Origin: an uncultured Pseudomonadales bacterium
Lineage (GTDB): Bacteria; Patescibacteriota; Microgenomatia; UBA1400; MFAQ01
Direction: 5' to 3'
Assembly: GCA_964487665.1 (NCBI GenBank)
Contig: CAZARR010000003.1
Location: 6,998 to 70,997, forward strand
DNA: 64,000 nucleotides
Under the pieces are notes generated by a model. It was given only the letters and a program-made list of their open reading frames with translations, ran no database searches and was not told the origin of the DNA. The position numbers and the translations under genes were made by a program. Below, piece after piece: positions 19,279-30,801 of this stretch (positions are counted from its first letter, which is position 1; every line of letters starts with the position of its first letter).

Positions 19279-20454
19279 CTAGGCAAGAACCTTGGTAATT
19301 ACTCCCGAGCCGATGGTTTGCCCACCTTCGCGAATAGCAAAGCGCAAACCTTCTTCCATAGCTACTGGTTGAATTAGTTCAACGGTAAACTTGGCATTAT
19401 CACCAGGCATAATCATTTCTACTCCTTCGGGGAGGGTGACTGAACCAGTTACGTCGGTGGTACGAACGTAAAATTGGGGTTTGTAGCCACTAAACATGGG
19501 GGTGTGTCTACCACCCTCATCCTTGCCAAGAACGTATACTTCCGCCTCAAATTTGGTGTGAGGAGTAATGGTTCCAGGCTTGGCTAGAACTTGTCCACGC
19601 TCGACATCCTCTTTTTCAATTCCTCGCAATAGAAGGCCGGCGTTGTCTCCCGCCATTCCCTGGTCGAGTGATTGACGGAACATTTCGACACCAGTGACAA
19701 CGCTTTTTTTGGTGGGACGAAGACCAATTATTTCAATTTCTTCACCAACCTTAACGGTGCCACGCTCGATTCTGCCGGTAACAACAGTACCTCGACCTTT
19801 GATTGAAAACACATCCTCGATGGGCATAAGGAATGGTTTGTCGAGGTCTCGAATCGGATCGGGAATCCATGAGTCGACAGTATCCATTAGTTTCATGATC
19901 TGCTCTTGAGCAGCAGCATCACCCTCGAGAGCTTTGAGTGCGGAAACGCGAATGATTGGGGTGTTTTCTTCGTATTCAAACTTTTTGAGAAGTTCACGAA
20001 TCTCCATCTCGACTAGCTCGATGAGCTCTGGATCATCAACCATGTCAACCTTGTTTAGAGCGACAACGATTTTTGGAACATTAACTTGGCGGGCTAAGAG
20101 TAAGTGCTCTTTGGTCTGGGGCATAGGACCGTCTGTAGCCGCAATAACTAGAATGGCACCATCCATTTGGGCCGCACCAGTAATCATGTTCTTGATAAAG
20201 TCGGCGTGTCCTGGACAGTCGATGTGGGCATAGTGACGTTTTTCTGTTTCGTAGGGGACGTGGGTAATGTTGATGGTAACACCACGAGCTTTTTCTTCGG
20301 GGGAGGCATCAATTTGGTCATAAGCCATGGCTTGAGCCAGACCTTTTTTAGCTAGGGTTGCGGTAATAGCGGCTGTTAGAGTGGTTTTGCCATGGTCAAC
20401 GTGACCAATGGTACCAATGTTAACGTGAGGCTTTGTTCTTTGAAATGTAGCCAT
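19279..20454 (-). CDS. tuf: Elongation factor Tu
   Basis: [23 protein letters not shown]-motifs; 391 aa. Confidence 0.95.
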   Translation of the reverse strand: MATFQRTKPHVNIGTIGHVDHGKTTLTAAITATLAKKGLAQAMAYDQIDASPEEKARGVTINITHVPYETEKRHYAHIDCPGHADFIKNMITGAAQMDGAILVIAATDGPMPQTKEHLLLARQVNVPKIVVALNKVDMVDDPELIELVEMEIRELLKKFEYEENTPIIRVSALKALEGDAAAQEQIMKLMDTVDSWIPDPIRDLDKPFLMPIEDVFSIKGRGTVVTGRIERGTVKVGEEIEIIGLRPTKKSVVTGVEMFRQSLDQGMAGDNAGLLLRGIEKEDVERGQVLAKPGTITPHTKFEAEVYVLGKDEGGRHTPMFSGYKPQFYVRTTDVTGSVTLPEGVEMIMPGDNAKFTVELIQPVAMEEGLRFAIREGGQTIGSGVITKVLA

Positions 20455-20488
20455 TGTTGCTTAAAATAATATTAAATAATTGCTAACG

Positions 20489-20521
20489 AAGCGGCGTTTA
20501 TTGTACCAGATCTATATAATT
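20489..20521 (-). promoter_or_regulatory. Candidate internal promoter for tuf (extended -10 TGGTACAAT on the minus strand at about 20500-20508) in the 67-nt AT-rich fusA-tuf spacer
   Basis: Minus-strand reading gives TTAAAATTATATAGATCTGGTACAAT, a TGn-TACAAT extended -10 about 40 nt upstream of the tuf ATG. The -35 is weak. Confidence 0.3.
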
Positions 20522-22639
20522 TTAACTAGCAGGTTTGATCAGTTTCGAGGCGAGAGAATCGGGTAGAATCTGGTAATGGCTGGGTTCCATATAATAGCTA
20601 GCTCTACCAGCAGTAAGAGAGCGAATAACCGTCGAGTAGGATCCCATCTCGGCTAAAGGGACATGGGCGGTAATAACTCGAGCGTTACCGCGTTGTTCTG
20701 TCCCCAAAATTTGGGCGCGACGACTTGATAAGTCGCCAATGATGTCACCCATGTAGGTTTCCGGGGTGGTCACTTCGACCTTCATGATTGGTTCGAGAAC
20801 GACCGGGGAGGCTTTTTTGATTGCATCCTGAACCGCTAAAGAGCCGGCTATTTTGAAGGCAATTTCAGAAGAGTCAACCTCGTGGAAGCTGCCATCGACC
20901 ACGCTAACCTCGATATCCACAACCGGAAAGCCAGCGATGACCCCGTTTTCCAACGCCTCCTTGATACCCTTTTCGATGGGGGCGATAAATTCTCGTGGTA
21001 TGGCACCGCCAGTAATTTTATTTACAAAGGTAAAACCTTCTCCCCTGGTCTTGGGAGTGATGGTCAGAACACAGTGTCCGTATTGCCCACGCCCACCTGA
21101 TTGGCGGATGTACTTGCCCTCGGCCTCAGCATCTTTGGTGATTGTTTCTCGATAGGCAACTTGGGGCGTACCGGTGTTGGCATCAACTTTGAATTCACGA
21201 CGCAATCTTTCGACCAAAACTTCGAGGTGGAGTTCGCCCATCCCCGAGATGACTGTTTGTCCGGTTTCGGGATTGCTTTTTATTTTGAAGGTGGGGTCTT
21301 CGTCGGAAAGTTTTCCGAGGGCCAGTCCAAGTTTTTCTAAATCGGCTTTGGTTTTGGGTTCGATGGCAAGAGAGATAACAGGTTCGGGGAAGTTAATGCT
21401 TTCGAGGATAATTGGTTTGTTCTCGTCACACAATGTATCACCGGTTTTGGTATTTTTGAGCCCGACCACAGCAACGATCTCACCAGCTGAGGCTTCAGCG
21501 GTTTCTTCCCGTTGGTTGGCATGCATCAAAAGAATCCGACCAATCCTTTCTTTTTCGGACTTGGATGAGTTGTAAATATAACTACCGGAGGTAAGTTTTC
21601 CGGAATACACCCTGAGATAAGTTAGACGACCAACATGTGGATCGGTTTGAATTTTGAAAGCAAGAATGGCAGTGGGATCTGTGGGAGTGGGTTTGCGTTC
21701 TTCGATATTGTTGGTTTTAGGGTTGGTACCAGAAACCGAACCACGGTCTAGAGGGCTGGGTAAATATTCGACTACAGCATCGAGCAGAGGCTGGACACCT
21801 TTGTTGCGTAAAGAAGAACCTGGATATACGGGAACAAGTTGGTTGGTTATGGTGGCGCGGCGCAGGGCGACTTTGATTTCAACCAGATCCAGATCTTCGC
21901 CATTAAGGAATTTTTCCAATAAGGTGTCATCGGTCTCAGCAATGATTTCCACCAGCTTTTGCCGATGGGTTTGGACTTCATCTGCCATGGTGTCGGGAAT
22001 GTCGGTAACTTGATATTTGGCTCCGGTCTCGTCTCCTTCCCAAATAATTGCTTTACGCTCGAGTAAGAGAGCCACCCCTTTGAATGAATTTTCGACTCCG
22101 ATGGGAAGAGCCATGACTGCTGTCTTGGCTCCTAGTTTTTCGTGAACATCATTTATGGTGGCCATAAAATCGGCACCAAGAACGTCCATTTTGTTGACAA
22201 AAGCGATACGGGGTACTTTGTATTTGTCTGCCTGGCGCCAGACGGTTTCAGTCTGGGATTGGACACCTGAGCCAGCATCTAAGACAATGATTCCTCCGTC
22301 CAAAACACGCAATGATCGTTCAACCTCAGCGGTAAAGTCTACATGGCCCGGTGTATCAATAATATTGAAACGATGCTCGGACTTGATGCTGGAGGTGTCG
22401 AGGATGGGGGTCCAAAAAGTGGTAGTAGCCGCTGAGACGATAGTAATCCCACGTTCACGTTCTTGGTCCATCCAATCCATTTGGGTGTCACCATCATCGA
22501 TGTCTCCGATTTTGTAACTTTTGCCGGTGTAGTAGAGAATTCGCTCAGTGGTAGTGGTTTTTCCGGCATCTATGTGAGCAATGACACCAATGTTACGTAC
22601 GCGTTCAAGGGGGGTGGACTTGTTACTATTAACGGCCAT
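20522..22639 (-). CDS. fusA: Elongation factor G
   Basis: G domain [17 protein letters not shown]; domains II-V; 705 aa. Confidence 0.95.
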   Translation of the reverse strand: MAVNSNKSTPLERVRNIGVIAHIDAGKTTTTERILYYTGKSYKIGDIDDGDTQMDWMDQERERGITIVSAATTTFWTPILDTSSIKSEHRFNIIDTPGHVDFTAEVERSLRVLDGGIIVLDAGSGVQSQTETVWRQADKYKVPRIAFVNKMDVLGADFMATINDVHEKLGAKTAVMALPIGVENSFKGVALLLERKAIIWEGDETGAKYQVTDIPDTMADEVQTHRQKLVEIIAETDDTLLEKFLNGEDLDLVEIKVALRRATITNQLVPVYPGSSLRNKGVQPLLDAVVEYLPSPLDRGSVSGTNPKTNNIEERKPTPTDPTAILAFKIQTDPHVGRLTYLRVYSGKLTSGSYIYNSSKSEKERIGRILLMHANQREETAEASAGEIVAVVGLKNTKTGDTLCDENKPIILESINFPEPVISLAIEPKTKADLEKLGLALGKLSDEDPTFKIKSNPETGQTVISGMGELHLEVLVERLRREFKVDANTGTPQVAYRETITKDAEAEGKYIRQSGGRGQYGHCVLTITPKTRGEGFTFVNKITGGAIPREFIAPIEKGIKEALENGVIAGFPVVDIEVSVVDGSFHEVDSSEIAFKIAGSLAVQDAIKKASPVVLEPIMKVEVTTPETYMGDIIGDLSSRRAQILGTEQRGNARVITAHVPLAEMGSYSTVIRSLTAGRASYYMEPSHYQILPDSLASKLIKPAS

Positions 22640-22643
22640 GGCT

Positions 22644-23135
22644 TCACCAACGGAAGTGACTAAAGGCCTTGTTGGCTTCGGCCATCTTATGTGTTTCTAG
22701 TTTTTTCTTGATGGCATTACCTTGATTTTCGTGAGCTTCGAGTATTTCCGCAGCTAGTTTTTCAGCGAAGGTGTGGTAAGTTTTGTTAGGTCGGTTCGTG
22801 GCTGATTCTACTAGCCAGCGCAACGATAGGCTTTGTTTGCGCTCAGGTCTGACTGCCGTAGGTACTTGGTAGTTGGCACCGCCAACTCGGCGACTACGAA
22901 CCTCCATCTCTGGCTTAATATTCTCAAGGGAGGTCTTGAAAAATTCCAGCGGATCAGTTTTGGTTTGTTCTCCAATAATATCAAAGGCCTTGTAAACTAT
23001 TCTCTCCGCGATAGTTTTTTGGCCGTTGTTCATGCAATAGTTAATTAATTTGGTGACCAAGACACTGTGATAAACAGAATCCGGTTTTGATTGCCGGTAA
23101 ATTGGTTTGACTGTGGCGACTTTTTTGTGTCTCAT
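22644..23135 (-). CDS. rpsG: 30S ribosomal protein S7
   Basis: S7 sequence; str operon position. Confidence 0.9.
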   Translation of the reverse strand: MRHKKVATVKPIYRQSKPDSVYHSVLVTKLINYCMNNGQKTIAERIVYKAFDIIGEQTKTDPLEFFKTSLENIKPEMEVRSRRVGGANYQVPTAVRPERKQSLSLRWLVESATNRPNKTYHTFAEKLAAEILEAHENQGNAIKKKLETHKMAEANKAFSHFRW

Positions 23136-23138
23136 GTT

Positions 23139-23552
23139 TTATGCGGTCGGTCGTTTAACACCATATTTCGAGCGACTAGTCTTTCTTTTTTCGACACCAG
23201 TGGCATCAAGGTGACCACGAACTATGTGATATTTGACGCCGGGGAGATCTTTGACACGGCCGCCGCGAACTAAAACTACCGAGTGTTCGGCAAGGTTGTG
23301 ACCTTCTCCCATAATATAGGCGGTAACTTCTTGTTTGTTGCTGAGACGAACTCGGGCAACCTTACGGAGGGCCGAGTTTGGTTTTTTTGGTGTCATGGTT
23401 TTGACCAAGATGCAAACTCCGGACTTTTGGGGACCCATGGTGCTAATCATGCGCCTTTTCACCGAGTTATAACTTTTGCGCAGGGCGGTAGTTTTGATCT
23501 TTTTTTTAACGCTTATTCGCGGTTTTTTGATTAGCTGATTGATCGTAGGCAT
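23139..23552 (-). CDS. rpsL: 30S ribosomal protein S12 (roughly 13-aa N-terminal-region insertion relative to E. coli S12)
   Basis: [12 protein letters not shown] ... [11 protein letters not shown] ... [19 protein letters not shown]. Start taken at ATG 23552, 13 nt after the rpoC stop. Confidence 0.9.
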   Translation of the reverse strand: MPTINQLIKKPRISVKKKIKTTALRKSYNSVKRRMISTMGPQKSGVCILVKTMTPKKPNSALRKVARVRLSNKQEVTAYIMGEGHNLAEHSVVLVRGGRVKDLPGVKYHIVRGHLDATGVEKRKTSRSKYGVKRPTA

Positions 23553-23565
23553 GCGCGTTATTGTA

Positions 23566-26500
23566 TCAAAGATTCTCGATATTGGCTCTCTTTTTGCTGG
23601 TTGGAATAAGTCGGCCAATAATAACGTTCTCCTTCATGCCGAGCAATCGGTCGATTCGACCCTGGAAGGCAGCGTCGGTAAGAACACTAGTCGTGTCTTG
23701 GAAAGATGCAGCTGACAGCCAGCTTTCGGTGAATAGGGCGGTTCGAATACAACCTAAAACTAGCTGACTGGCAACAGCGGGTTCTCCTCCGGCAGCTAGT
23801 GATGCTTCGTTGGATTCTTCATAAAAACCACGGCTAATAATGTCACCGGGGACTAAGGTGGTATCTCCGGTCGAATCAATACGAACTTTGTTGCTCATCT
23901 GACGGACAACTATTTCGAGATGTTTGTCGTGGATGCTAACTCCTTGTGACTCGTAAACCGATTGGATTTCTTCGATAAGGTACTCCTGAGCCGAACGTAG
24001 TCCACGGATTCTTAAAACCTGTTGAATGTCTAAGGAACCGCTGGCTAGTTGCATTCCGGCGGCGACCAAACCCCCATCGGCAATCTTGAGAGTGCTAGTA
24101 AGTGGAATGAGATATTCTCGACGCTCGCCAGAATCGGAAGATTTGGTGGAAGTGATAGTAACCCGGTAACCAGAATCAGTTTCGAGTACCTTGGCTTTTC
24201 CGGTAATTTCAGCAATCGGTGAGGCAATTTTGGGAGCTCTGGCTTCGAAGAGTTCGATTACTCGAGGTAGTCCTTGGGTAATTTCTGCTTGGAGGGCACC
24301 AGAAGTATGTTTTGTCCGCATGGTCAGCTGGGTACCAGGTTCCCCAATTGACTGGGCTGCGACGACACCAACTGGGTCGCCAATTTTGGCGATGGAGTTG
24401 GTGGCGTAGTTGTGACCGTAACATTTGGCACAAATACCATATCGCAGTGTGCAACAAAGGGGAGAGCGAACCTCAACTTCGGTGATATTGGCAGTAATAA
24501 TTTTTTTGACCGCAACGTGGGTGATTAACTCTCCCTTTTCAACGATCACCTCCTTGGAGGCAGGGTTGGTAATTTTACTAGCAGCGAAACGGTCGACAAT
24601 TCTTTTACTAAAAACCTTTGAGCGATTACCCTCTAGTCGGACAGTAAGCTTGTCAGGGGTACCGCAATCTTCTGCCCTGATGATCACTTCGTGGCTGGCG
24701 TCAACTAGTTTTCGGGTTAAATATCCCGCGTCTGCAGTCCTAAGAGCCAAGTCAGTCAAGCCTTTGCGGGTGCCTCTGGTTGAGTTGATATATTCGAAGA
24801 TGGAGAGACCCTCCCGATAGTTACTTTTGGTCGGTAGCTCTACGATCTTTCCCAATGGATCAACAGTAAGACCCCTCATAGCCGAGAGCTGCTTGATGGT
24901 CGACTTGGAGATTCGTCCCATGCCCGTATTAACAATAAGTCGGATGGGATTGTCTGCACGCATACTATCCCAAGTCCGGTCAGCAAGTTCATCAGAGGTA
25001 AGAATCCAGGTGTTGTTGTTGTTACGGCGACGTTCTTCGTCGGTAATCAAACCAATACGATAATTATCTTCGTTTGCTTTGACTTTGGAGTTGGCTTCGG
25101 CAATTATTCTATCTTTTTCGGAATAAATTTCGTTGTCAGTAATAGAAAGCGATAGACCGGAAACCGTAGTCATTTCGAACCCGAGATTTTTGATATCGTC
25201 GACCATATTCGACACGCGCTGTGTCGCGCACTCCTTGATTGCCCGATTAAAAAGTGCAACCAGATCCGGACGGGTAAAGTCCTGGTTATAGAATTCCCAC
25301 CCCTCTGGTAAGACATCGTTGAACAAAATTCTTCCCGGTGTGGTAGTGATGATACCGGAGGCAAGACGGACATTGATCTGTTGACGTAAGCCGACTATTT
25401 CTGATTGATATGCAGTAATCGCTTCGGCCCTGTCGGAAAAGACCGATGGTGCCAATGGTAATGACTCGTCAACTGAGTTTAGATAATAAATCCCGATGGC
25501 CATTTCTTTTCCATCTGGAATAGTAATTGGAGAGCCAGAGCTAGGTTTGAGCAGATTACTTTGGGGGGTCATGTACTTGAGAGCTTCTTTGCGCGCTTTT
25601 TTGGTCAAGGGTACGTGAACGGCCATTTGATCTCCATCAAAGTCGGCATTAAAACCACCACAAACAACCGGGTGTAATCGAATCGCCGAGCCTTCGACAA
25701 GGATAGGCATAAAGGCTTGGATAGAAAGTTTATGGAGAGTAGGGGCTCTGTTGAGAAGGACGGGGTGGTTACGAGTTACCTTCTCGAGCACATCAAAAAC
25801 TTCGGGGGTGCGACGCTCAATAAGATTTTTTGCCGATCGAACATTAGGAGCGAGTCCTTTGGCAATCAATTGGTGGAGGACAAACGGCTTAAACATTTCG
25901 AGAGCCATGTCTTTGGGAATACCACACTGGTTTAGTTTGAGTTCTGAACCGACGACGATAACGCTTCGCCCAGAGTAGTCCACCCGTTTGCCGAGAAGGT
26001 TTTGGCGGAAACGGCCCTGTTTACCCTTGAGCATGTCAGAAAGACTTTTTAGTTCTTTCCCCGTGCGCGAGCGCCGGTTGGTTTTTGATTGGCTGGAATC
26101 AATAAGAGAATCGACAGCCTCCTGAAGCATTCGTTTTTCGTTGTTCAGGATGATGCTGGGTGCGCCGAGGTTTATTAGGTGTCTAAGACGATTATTGCGG
26201 TTAATCACTCGTCGGTAAAGGTCATTGAGGTCAGAGGTGGCGAATCGGCCCCCCGATAGCTGAACCATTGGACGAAGGTCTGGAGGTATAACCGGGAGAA
26301 CCTGAAGAATTGACCATTCGGGATTTACATTTGAATTGAGCAAGCCCTTGACTACCTGGTAGCGTTTGATCGCTTTTATACGACGAGTCTCGGAAGTGCT
26401 TTTTATTTCCTCTTTTAATTTGATTGCAAGTTCTTTAAGATTAACTTGTTTGAGCGACTCGAGTACCGCTTCGGCACCCATTTGAGCGCGGAAAAAACTA

Positions 26501-27270
26501 ACCGCGTCGTACTCGTCCAGCTTGATGTATTCAGTTTCAGTCAGCAAAGAATTCGGGGTAATCTGACTAACTAGCTCGAGAACCCGGTTGACTATCTCAG
26601 TCGACATAGTTACCTCTGAGGCCATTTGTTCACGTAGAGCGGCAACTTTTTGTTTAGCTGACAATTTGACAGACTCGGTTTTTAAAGCCTGCTCATCTTT
26701 GTCCTTAACTGATTTTTTAAGGGCTAAGACTTCTTTTTCTCCAGCCACTTTGACGGCCTCGATTTGTTTTTCGAAGTTTAGGCGAATCTCTTCCGCTTTG
26801 GTTTCTTTAGTTGCTTCTAGACGCTTAACGGTTTCTTCTTTGACTGTTTCATCTATAGATAAAACAAGAAAACGAGAAAAATAAATTACTGAGGTTAATT
26901 TTTTTGGGACGATATCGAGTATAAGGGAGATTTTTGAAGGTGCTCCTTTGAAAAACCAGACGTGGGCAACGGGGGCAGCAAGTTCGATATGACCCATACG
27001 TTCACGGCGAACCCGACTTAGAGTGACCTCGACTCCGCATTTGTCACAAATGATGCCTCGGAAACGCACACGCTTGTATTTTCCACAATAACATTCCCAA
27101 TCTTTGGTCGGACCAAAAATCCTTTCACAAAAAAGACCATCTTTCTCGGGTTTCTGGGTACGATAATTAATCGTCTCAGGTTTGGTGACTTCTCCTCTGG
27201 ACCAACCACGAATATCGTCAGGAGAAGCTAGCTTAATTTGCAAACCGGAAAAGTCAAGTGCATTTTTCAT
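23566..27270 (-). CDS. rpoC: DNA-directed RNA polymerase subunit beta-prime
   Basis: Zinc-binding CxxC motifs, NADFDGD catalytic loop, trigger loop; 1234 aa. Confidence 0.95.
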   Translation of the reverse strand: MKNALDFSGLQIKLASPDDIRGWSRGEVTKPETINYRTQKPEKDGLFCERIFGPTKDWECYCGKYKRVRFRGIICDKCGVEVTLSRVRRERMGHIELAAPVAHVWFFKGAPSKISLILDIVPKKLTSVIYFSRFLVLSIDETVKEETVKRLEATKETKAEEIRLNFEKQIEAVKVAGEKEVLALKKSVKDKDEQALKTESVKLSAKQKVAALREQMASEVTMSTEIVNRVLELVSQITPNSLLTETEYIKLDEYDAVSFFRAQMGAEAVLESLKQVNLKELAIKLKEEIKSTSETRRIKAIKRYQVVKGLLNSNVNPEWSILQVLPVIPPDLRPMVQLSGGRFATSDLNDLYRRVINRNNRLRHLINLGAPSIILNNEKRMLQEAVDSLIDSSQSKTNRRSRTGKELKSLSDMLKGKQGRFRQNLLGKRVDYSGRSVIVVGSELKLNQCGIPKDMALEMFKPFVLHQLIAKGLAPNVRSAKNLIERRTPEVFDVLEKVTRNHPVLLNRAPTLHKLSIQAFMPILVEGSAIRLHPVVCGGFNADFDGDQMAVHVPLTKKARKEALKYMTPQSNLLKPSSGSPITIPDGKEMAIGIYYLNSVDESLPLAPSVFSDRAEAITAYQSEIVGLRQQINVRLASGIITTTPGRILFNDVLPEGWEFYNQDFTRPDLVALFNRAIKECATQRVSNMVDDIKNLGFEMTTVSGLSLSITDNEIYSEKDRIIAEANSKVKANEDNYRIGLITDEERRRNNNNTWILTSDELADRTWDSMRADNPIRLIVNTGMGRISKSTIKQLSAMRGLTVDPLGKIVELPTKSNYREGLSIFEYINSTRGTRKGLTDLALRTADAGYLTRKLVDASHEVIIRAEDCGTPDKLTVRLEGNRSKVFSKRIVDRFAASKITNPASKEVIVEKGELITHVAVKKIITANITEVEVRSPLCCTLRYGICAKCYGHNYATNSIAKIGDPVGVVAAQSIGEPGTQLTMRTKHTSGALQAEITQGLPRVIELFEARAPKIASPIAEITGKAKVLETDSGYRVTITSTKSSDSGERREYLIPLTSTLKIADGGLVAAGMQLASGSLDIQQVLRIRGLRSAQEYLIEEIQSVYESQGVSIHDKHLEIVVRQMSNKVRIDSTGDTTLVPGDIISRGFYEESNEASLAAGGEPAVASQLVLGCIRTALFTESWLSAASFQDTTSVLTDAAFQGRIDRLLGMKENVIIGRLIPTSKKRANIENL

Positions 27271-27273
27271 ATT

Positions 27274-30200
27274 TTATGCCGCGATTGGAGTAATTACTGA
27301 TTCGTCAGGGTCAGTGGCAGGACCACTAGTAGTGGTGTCATCATCACCAACTGTCGGCGCCGGATTGGTTGGGCTAACCGGTTGAGTGGGGAGGGCAATA
27401 CCGCCTTCTGCACTATTTAGTTGGATGTCAGAGCCGACTGGGGATACGTTGAGACATAGAGAGTTTAATTCTTTGACTAAAACCTTAAAGGACTCAGGAA
27501 TCGTGGAGTCGGGTATGGGCTCGCCTTTGACGATTGCTTCAAACGCCTTTGAGCGGCCAACGACGTCGTCACTCTTGAGAGTAAGCATTTCTTGGAGAAC
27601 GTGGGCGGTCTTGTGTGCTTCTAGGGCCCAAACTTCCATTTCCCCTAAGCGTTGGCCTCCCATCTGGGCTTTGCCCCCCAAGGGTTGCTGGGTAACGATT
27701 GAGTATGGCCCAGTTGAGCGGGCATGGGCCTTGTCCTCAACCATATGGTTGAGCTTGAGAATATAAGCAGTTCCCACAGCCATGCGATTACTGAAAGCGT
27801 GTCCTGTGCGACCATCGTAAAGCTGTATTTTGCCATCAGTGGGGAGCCCCGCCTCATTCATCAAGCCGGCTATTTTGTCTTCTGAGATATGCTCAAAAAC
27901 AGGAACGGCTATGGTTTGGCCAAGCTTTTTGGCTGCCAAACCTAACTGGGCTTCTAGGAGCTGCCCCAGGTTCATACGAGCAAGAGCAGACAACGGGGAA
28001 ATCATTATGTCGATCGGGGTACCGTCCGGTAGGTAGGGCATGTCACACTGGGGAATAATCTTGCTGATGACGCCTTTGTTCCCGTGGCGACCGGCGACCT
28101 TGTCCCCGGCAGTGATTTTTCTAAGTTGTGCTACCTTGACCTTGATTATCTTGGTGACACCACTCTCTAGCTCGTCACCCTTTTCACGATCAAGTATTTG
28201 AATTTCTACGACTGTCCCTTGCTCACCATGAGGCATACGTAAGGACGTGTCGCGAACTTCTCGAGCTTTTTCACCGAAAATTGCGCGGAGAAGTCTTTCT
28301 TCGGGAGTTAGTTCGGTCTCGCCACGAGGGGCAATTTTGCCAACCAATATATCATTAGGACTGACATGGGCGCCGATCATAACAATACCTGTACTGTCTA
28401 AGTTCTTTAATTCACCTTCGGCAACATTAGGAATGTCGTTAGTGAGTTCCTCTGGTCCAAGCTTGGTATCCATAACTTCGGCAACATATTCGTCAATATG
28501 AATTGAGCTGAGAAGGTCTTCGCTGACAACACGATCAGAAATAACGATAGCGTCTTCGTAACCCAAGGCTTCGTAAGTCCCATAAGCGATGGTAAGATTT
28601 TGACCTATTGCTAACTCGCCCGCATCAGTTGCAGGTCCATCGATAATTAGATCCCCTGGTAAAATTTTCTCTCCGATCTTTACCAATGGTTTCTGTGAAT
28701 AGCAAGTACTCTGGGCAGTGCGATAAAATTTTTTGACTTGATAAGTAAGAATGTCGTTTTCGAGTGATACATAGCCACTGTTGAAGCGATCGAGGTCTGA
28801 CCTGGCAGTTTGAACGTCGTCAGGGAGAAGTTTTAGACTGACTGTGCGGGAGTCTGCGTGGACGACTGTAGCATGGTAAGGCGATTTCACCACCCAGCCC
28901 ATGGCTTCAGCAACTACGCGCTCCATGCCAGTACCGACTACAGGGGCTGCAGGTTTGAGCAGGGGTACAGCTTGGCACTGCATGTTGGTTCCCATAAGCG
29001 CGCGGGTGCCATCGTCGTGGTGAACAAAAGGAATTAAAGCAGCCGAAGTACCCACGAGCTGTTGGGGTACTGTGTCAATAAATTGAATTTTGTCGACATC
29101 AACTTCGATATATTGACCGCGGTAGCGCGCAGGGACCCATTTATCGGTAATTCGGTTGTTTTCTTGTTTCACCTCGGCATGAGTGGTGTAATATTCTTCT
29201 TCCTCGGCGGCAGTTAGATAAACCAAGTCTTGGGAAATAACACCATCCTTGACCCGAAGGTAAGGAGCTTCAAGGAAGCCATACTCGTTGACGTGGGTAT
29301 AGAGAGAAAGATAGGTAACCAGGCCAATATTTTGTCCTTCTGGTGAGCGGATTGGACAGATACGGCTATACTGGCTGGAGTTGATATCGCGCATAGAAAA
29401 ACTGGCTCTTTCGCGGGTAATTCCACCGGTGCCCATCACCGATACCCTACGGAGATTGTCTACTTCGGACAGTGGATTAATTTGGTCCAAAATTGCACTA
29501 AGGCGGTTTCTGCGGAAAAATTCGGAAATTGAGGCGATAATCGGACGGGCATTAACAAAACTACTGGGAGCGTGTAATTCATCGGGGCGGGCAAGACTCA
29601 TTTTTTCCTTGATCGATCTTTCGAGGCGGATTAGTCCCATGCGAAACGCTGTTTGACCAACAAGTTCGCCCACTCGACGCATACGGCGGTTGGCGAGGTG
29701 ATCGATATCATCGACTCTACCTTTGTTGTTTTGCAGGTTGATTAGGTAGCGGATTGTAGCAATGATATCGTCGCGATCCAATATTGTGTGGGCTTGATCA
29801 ATTGGCGTGGTTAACCCGAGTTTGGTGTTGAGTTTGTAGCGCCCGACCTTGCCTAGGTCATAGCGGCGATGGTCAAAAAACATCTGATGCATCAGGTTTT
29901 TGGCGTTCTCAATTACAGCTGGTTCCCCAGGACGAATTTTGTCATAAAACTCTAGCAAGGCTTCTTCTGTGGTTTTGCTAGTATCCCGCATGAGCGTGGT
30001 ATCAATGTAGGAATGGTTCTCGTCTGTATCACAGTCAGTAAATAGTTCTTTGATCGACTCGTCAGTAGGAAAGCCTAGGGCACGAAGGAGAGTAGTGGCT
30101 GAGATTTTGCGAAAACGGTCAATTTTGACTGAAAGATGGTCATTGCGACTGACAGTCATTTCGAGCCAAGAACCTCGCAGCGGACGAATTTCTGACGAGT

Positions 30201-30657
30201 GGAGTAAACGACCAGAGTTGGGGTCAAGCTCTGATGTGAAAAAGACTCCGGGGCTACGAACCAACTGATTGACGACGACACGCTCAACACCGTTGACAAT
30301 AAAGGTACCAGCATCAGTCATGAGAGGAATGTCACCGAGAAAAACTTCCTGCTCCTGTTCTACCTTGGTTTGTAGATTGGTCAGCTTAGCTGTAACTCGT
30401 AGAGGAGCTTCGAAATTGAGACCTTTTTCGATACATGTTTTGGGGTTAAGCTTGGGTTTGCCAATGCGGTGGTCGTAAAATTCTAGTTCAAAGATTTTGC
30501 CGGTAAAATCTTTAATGGGGTTAATTTCGTGTAAGGCTTCTTTGATGCCTTCTCTTAAAAACTCTTGGTATGATTCTATCTGATAGCGGGTAAAGTTTAG
30601 TTCGGGGGTAATTTTAAATGGTTTTCCCCAATTTTGGCGTTTGTTTACCTTTGGCAT
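27274..30657 (-). CDS. rpoB: DNA-directed RNA polymerase subunit beta
   Basis: Rifampicin-region and catalytic motifs; 1127 aa (shortened). Confidence 0.95.
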   Translation of the reverse strand: MPKVNKRQNWGKPFKITPELNFTRYQIESYQEFLREGIKEALHEINPIKDFTGKIFELEFYDHRIGKPKLNPKTCIEKGLNFEAPLRVTAKLTNLQTKVEQEQEVFLGDIPLMTDAGTFIVNGVERVVVNQLVRSPGVFFTSELDPNSGRLLHSSEIRPLRGSWLEMTVSRNDHLSVKIDRFRKISATTLLRALGFPTDESIKELFTDCDTDENHSYIDTTLMRDTSKTTEEALLEFYDKIRPGEPAVIENAKNLMHQMFFDHRRYDLGKVGRYKLNTKLGLTTPIDQAHTILDRDDIIATIRYLINLQNNKGRVDDIDHLANRRMRRVGELVGQTAFRMGLIRLERSIKEKMSLARPDELHAPSSFVNARPIIASISEFFRRNRLSAILDQINPLSEVDNLRRVSVMGTGGITRERASFSMRDINSSQYSRICPIRSPEGQNIGLVTYLSLYTHVNEYGFLEAPYLRVKDGVISQDLVYLTAAEEEEYYTTHAEVKQENNRITDKWVPARYRGQYIEVDVDKIQFIDTVPQQLVGTSAALIPFVHHDDGTRALMGTNMQCQAVPLLKPAAPVVGTGMERVVAEAMGWVVKSPYHATVVHADSRTVSLKLLPDDVQTARSDLDRFNSGYVSLENDILTYQVKKFYRTAQSTCYSQKPLVKIGEKILPGDLIIDGPATDAGELAIGQNLTIAYGTYEALGYEDAIVISDRVVSEDLLSSIHIDEYVAEVMDTKLGPEELTNDIPNVAEGELKNLDSTGIVMIGAHVSPNDILVGKIAPRGETELTPEERLLRAIFGEKAREVRDTSLRMPHGEQGTVVEIQILDREKGDELESGVTKIIKVKVAQLRKITAGDKVAGRHGNKGVISKIIPQCDMPYLPDGTPIDIMISPLSALARMNLGQLLEAQLGLAAKKLGQTIAVPVFEHISEDKIAGLMNEAGLPTDGKIQLYDGRTGHAFSNRMAVGTAYILKLNHMVEDKAHARSTGPYSIVTQQPLGGKAQMGGQRLGEMEVWALEAHKTAHVLQEMLTLKSDDVVGRSKAFEAIVKGEPIPDSTIPESFKVLVKELNSLCLNVSPVGSDIQLNSAEGGIALPTQPVSPTNPAPTVGDDDTTTSGPATDPDESVITPIAA

Positions 30658-30713
30658 TAGTTTTGTAGCAAAAAGGGACAGATTTTAATAATAATAAATT
30701 CCCTGTACAGGAA

Positions 30714-30743
30714 CACATAAAAACACTGGCTACAAAAAGCCAG
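30714..30743 (-). terminator. Rho-independent terminator downstream of mltG
   Basis: Minus-strand RNA CUGGCU-UUUUGU-AGCCAG (stem 30726-30731 / 30738-30743) followed by UGUUUUUAUG (30716-30725). Confidence 0.55.
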
Positions 30744-30801
30744 CAAGATCCACAGAGAATGAGAGGATAGCATATTTTTTAGTGATCTGTCAACGGGCTA
30801 G

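Noticed and set aside
23553-23618. N-terminal extensions suggested by ORF-track starts (S12 from 23618, L15 from 11275, S8 from 13177, L6 from 12678, L2 from 17389, cca from 4455).
   Set aside because: The extensions overlap upstream genes and begin with non-ATG codons. Conserved N-termini (for example MPTINQL for S12) begin at internal ATGs, which were used instead.
23566-30657. Numerous 60-130 aa ORFs on the plus strand inside rpoB, rpoC, fusA, tuf, dnaK and similar genes (for example 24425-24820, 27386-27766, 21174-21575).
   Set aside because: They are antisense to long, well-supported conserved genes, low-complexity, and have no recognisable motifs. Typical spurious antisense frames.
30658-30801. 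Possible small RNA gene (SRP RNA or tRNA) in the largest intergenic gaps (30658-30801, 46263-46363, 50165-50264).
   Set aside because: No cloverleaf with a TPsiC-like GTTC motif and no SRP domain IV consensus could be fitted by eye. The hairpins are better explained as terminators or leader structures.
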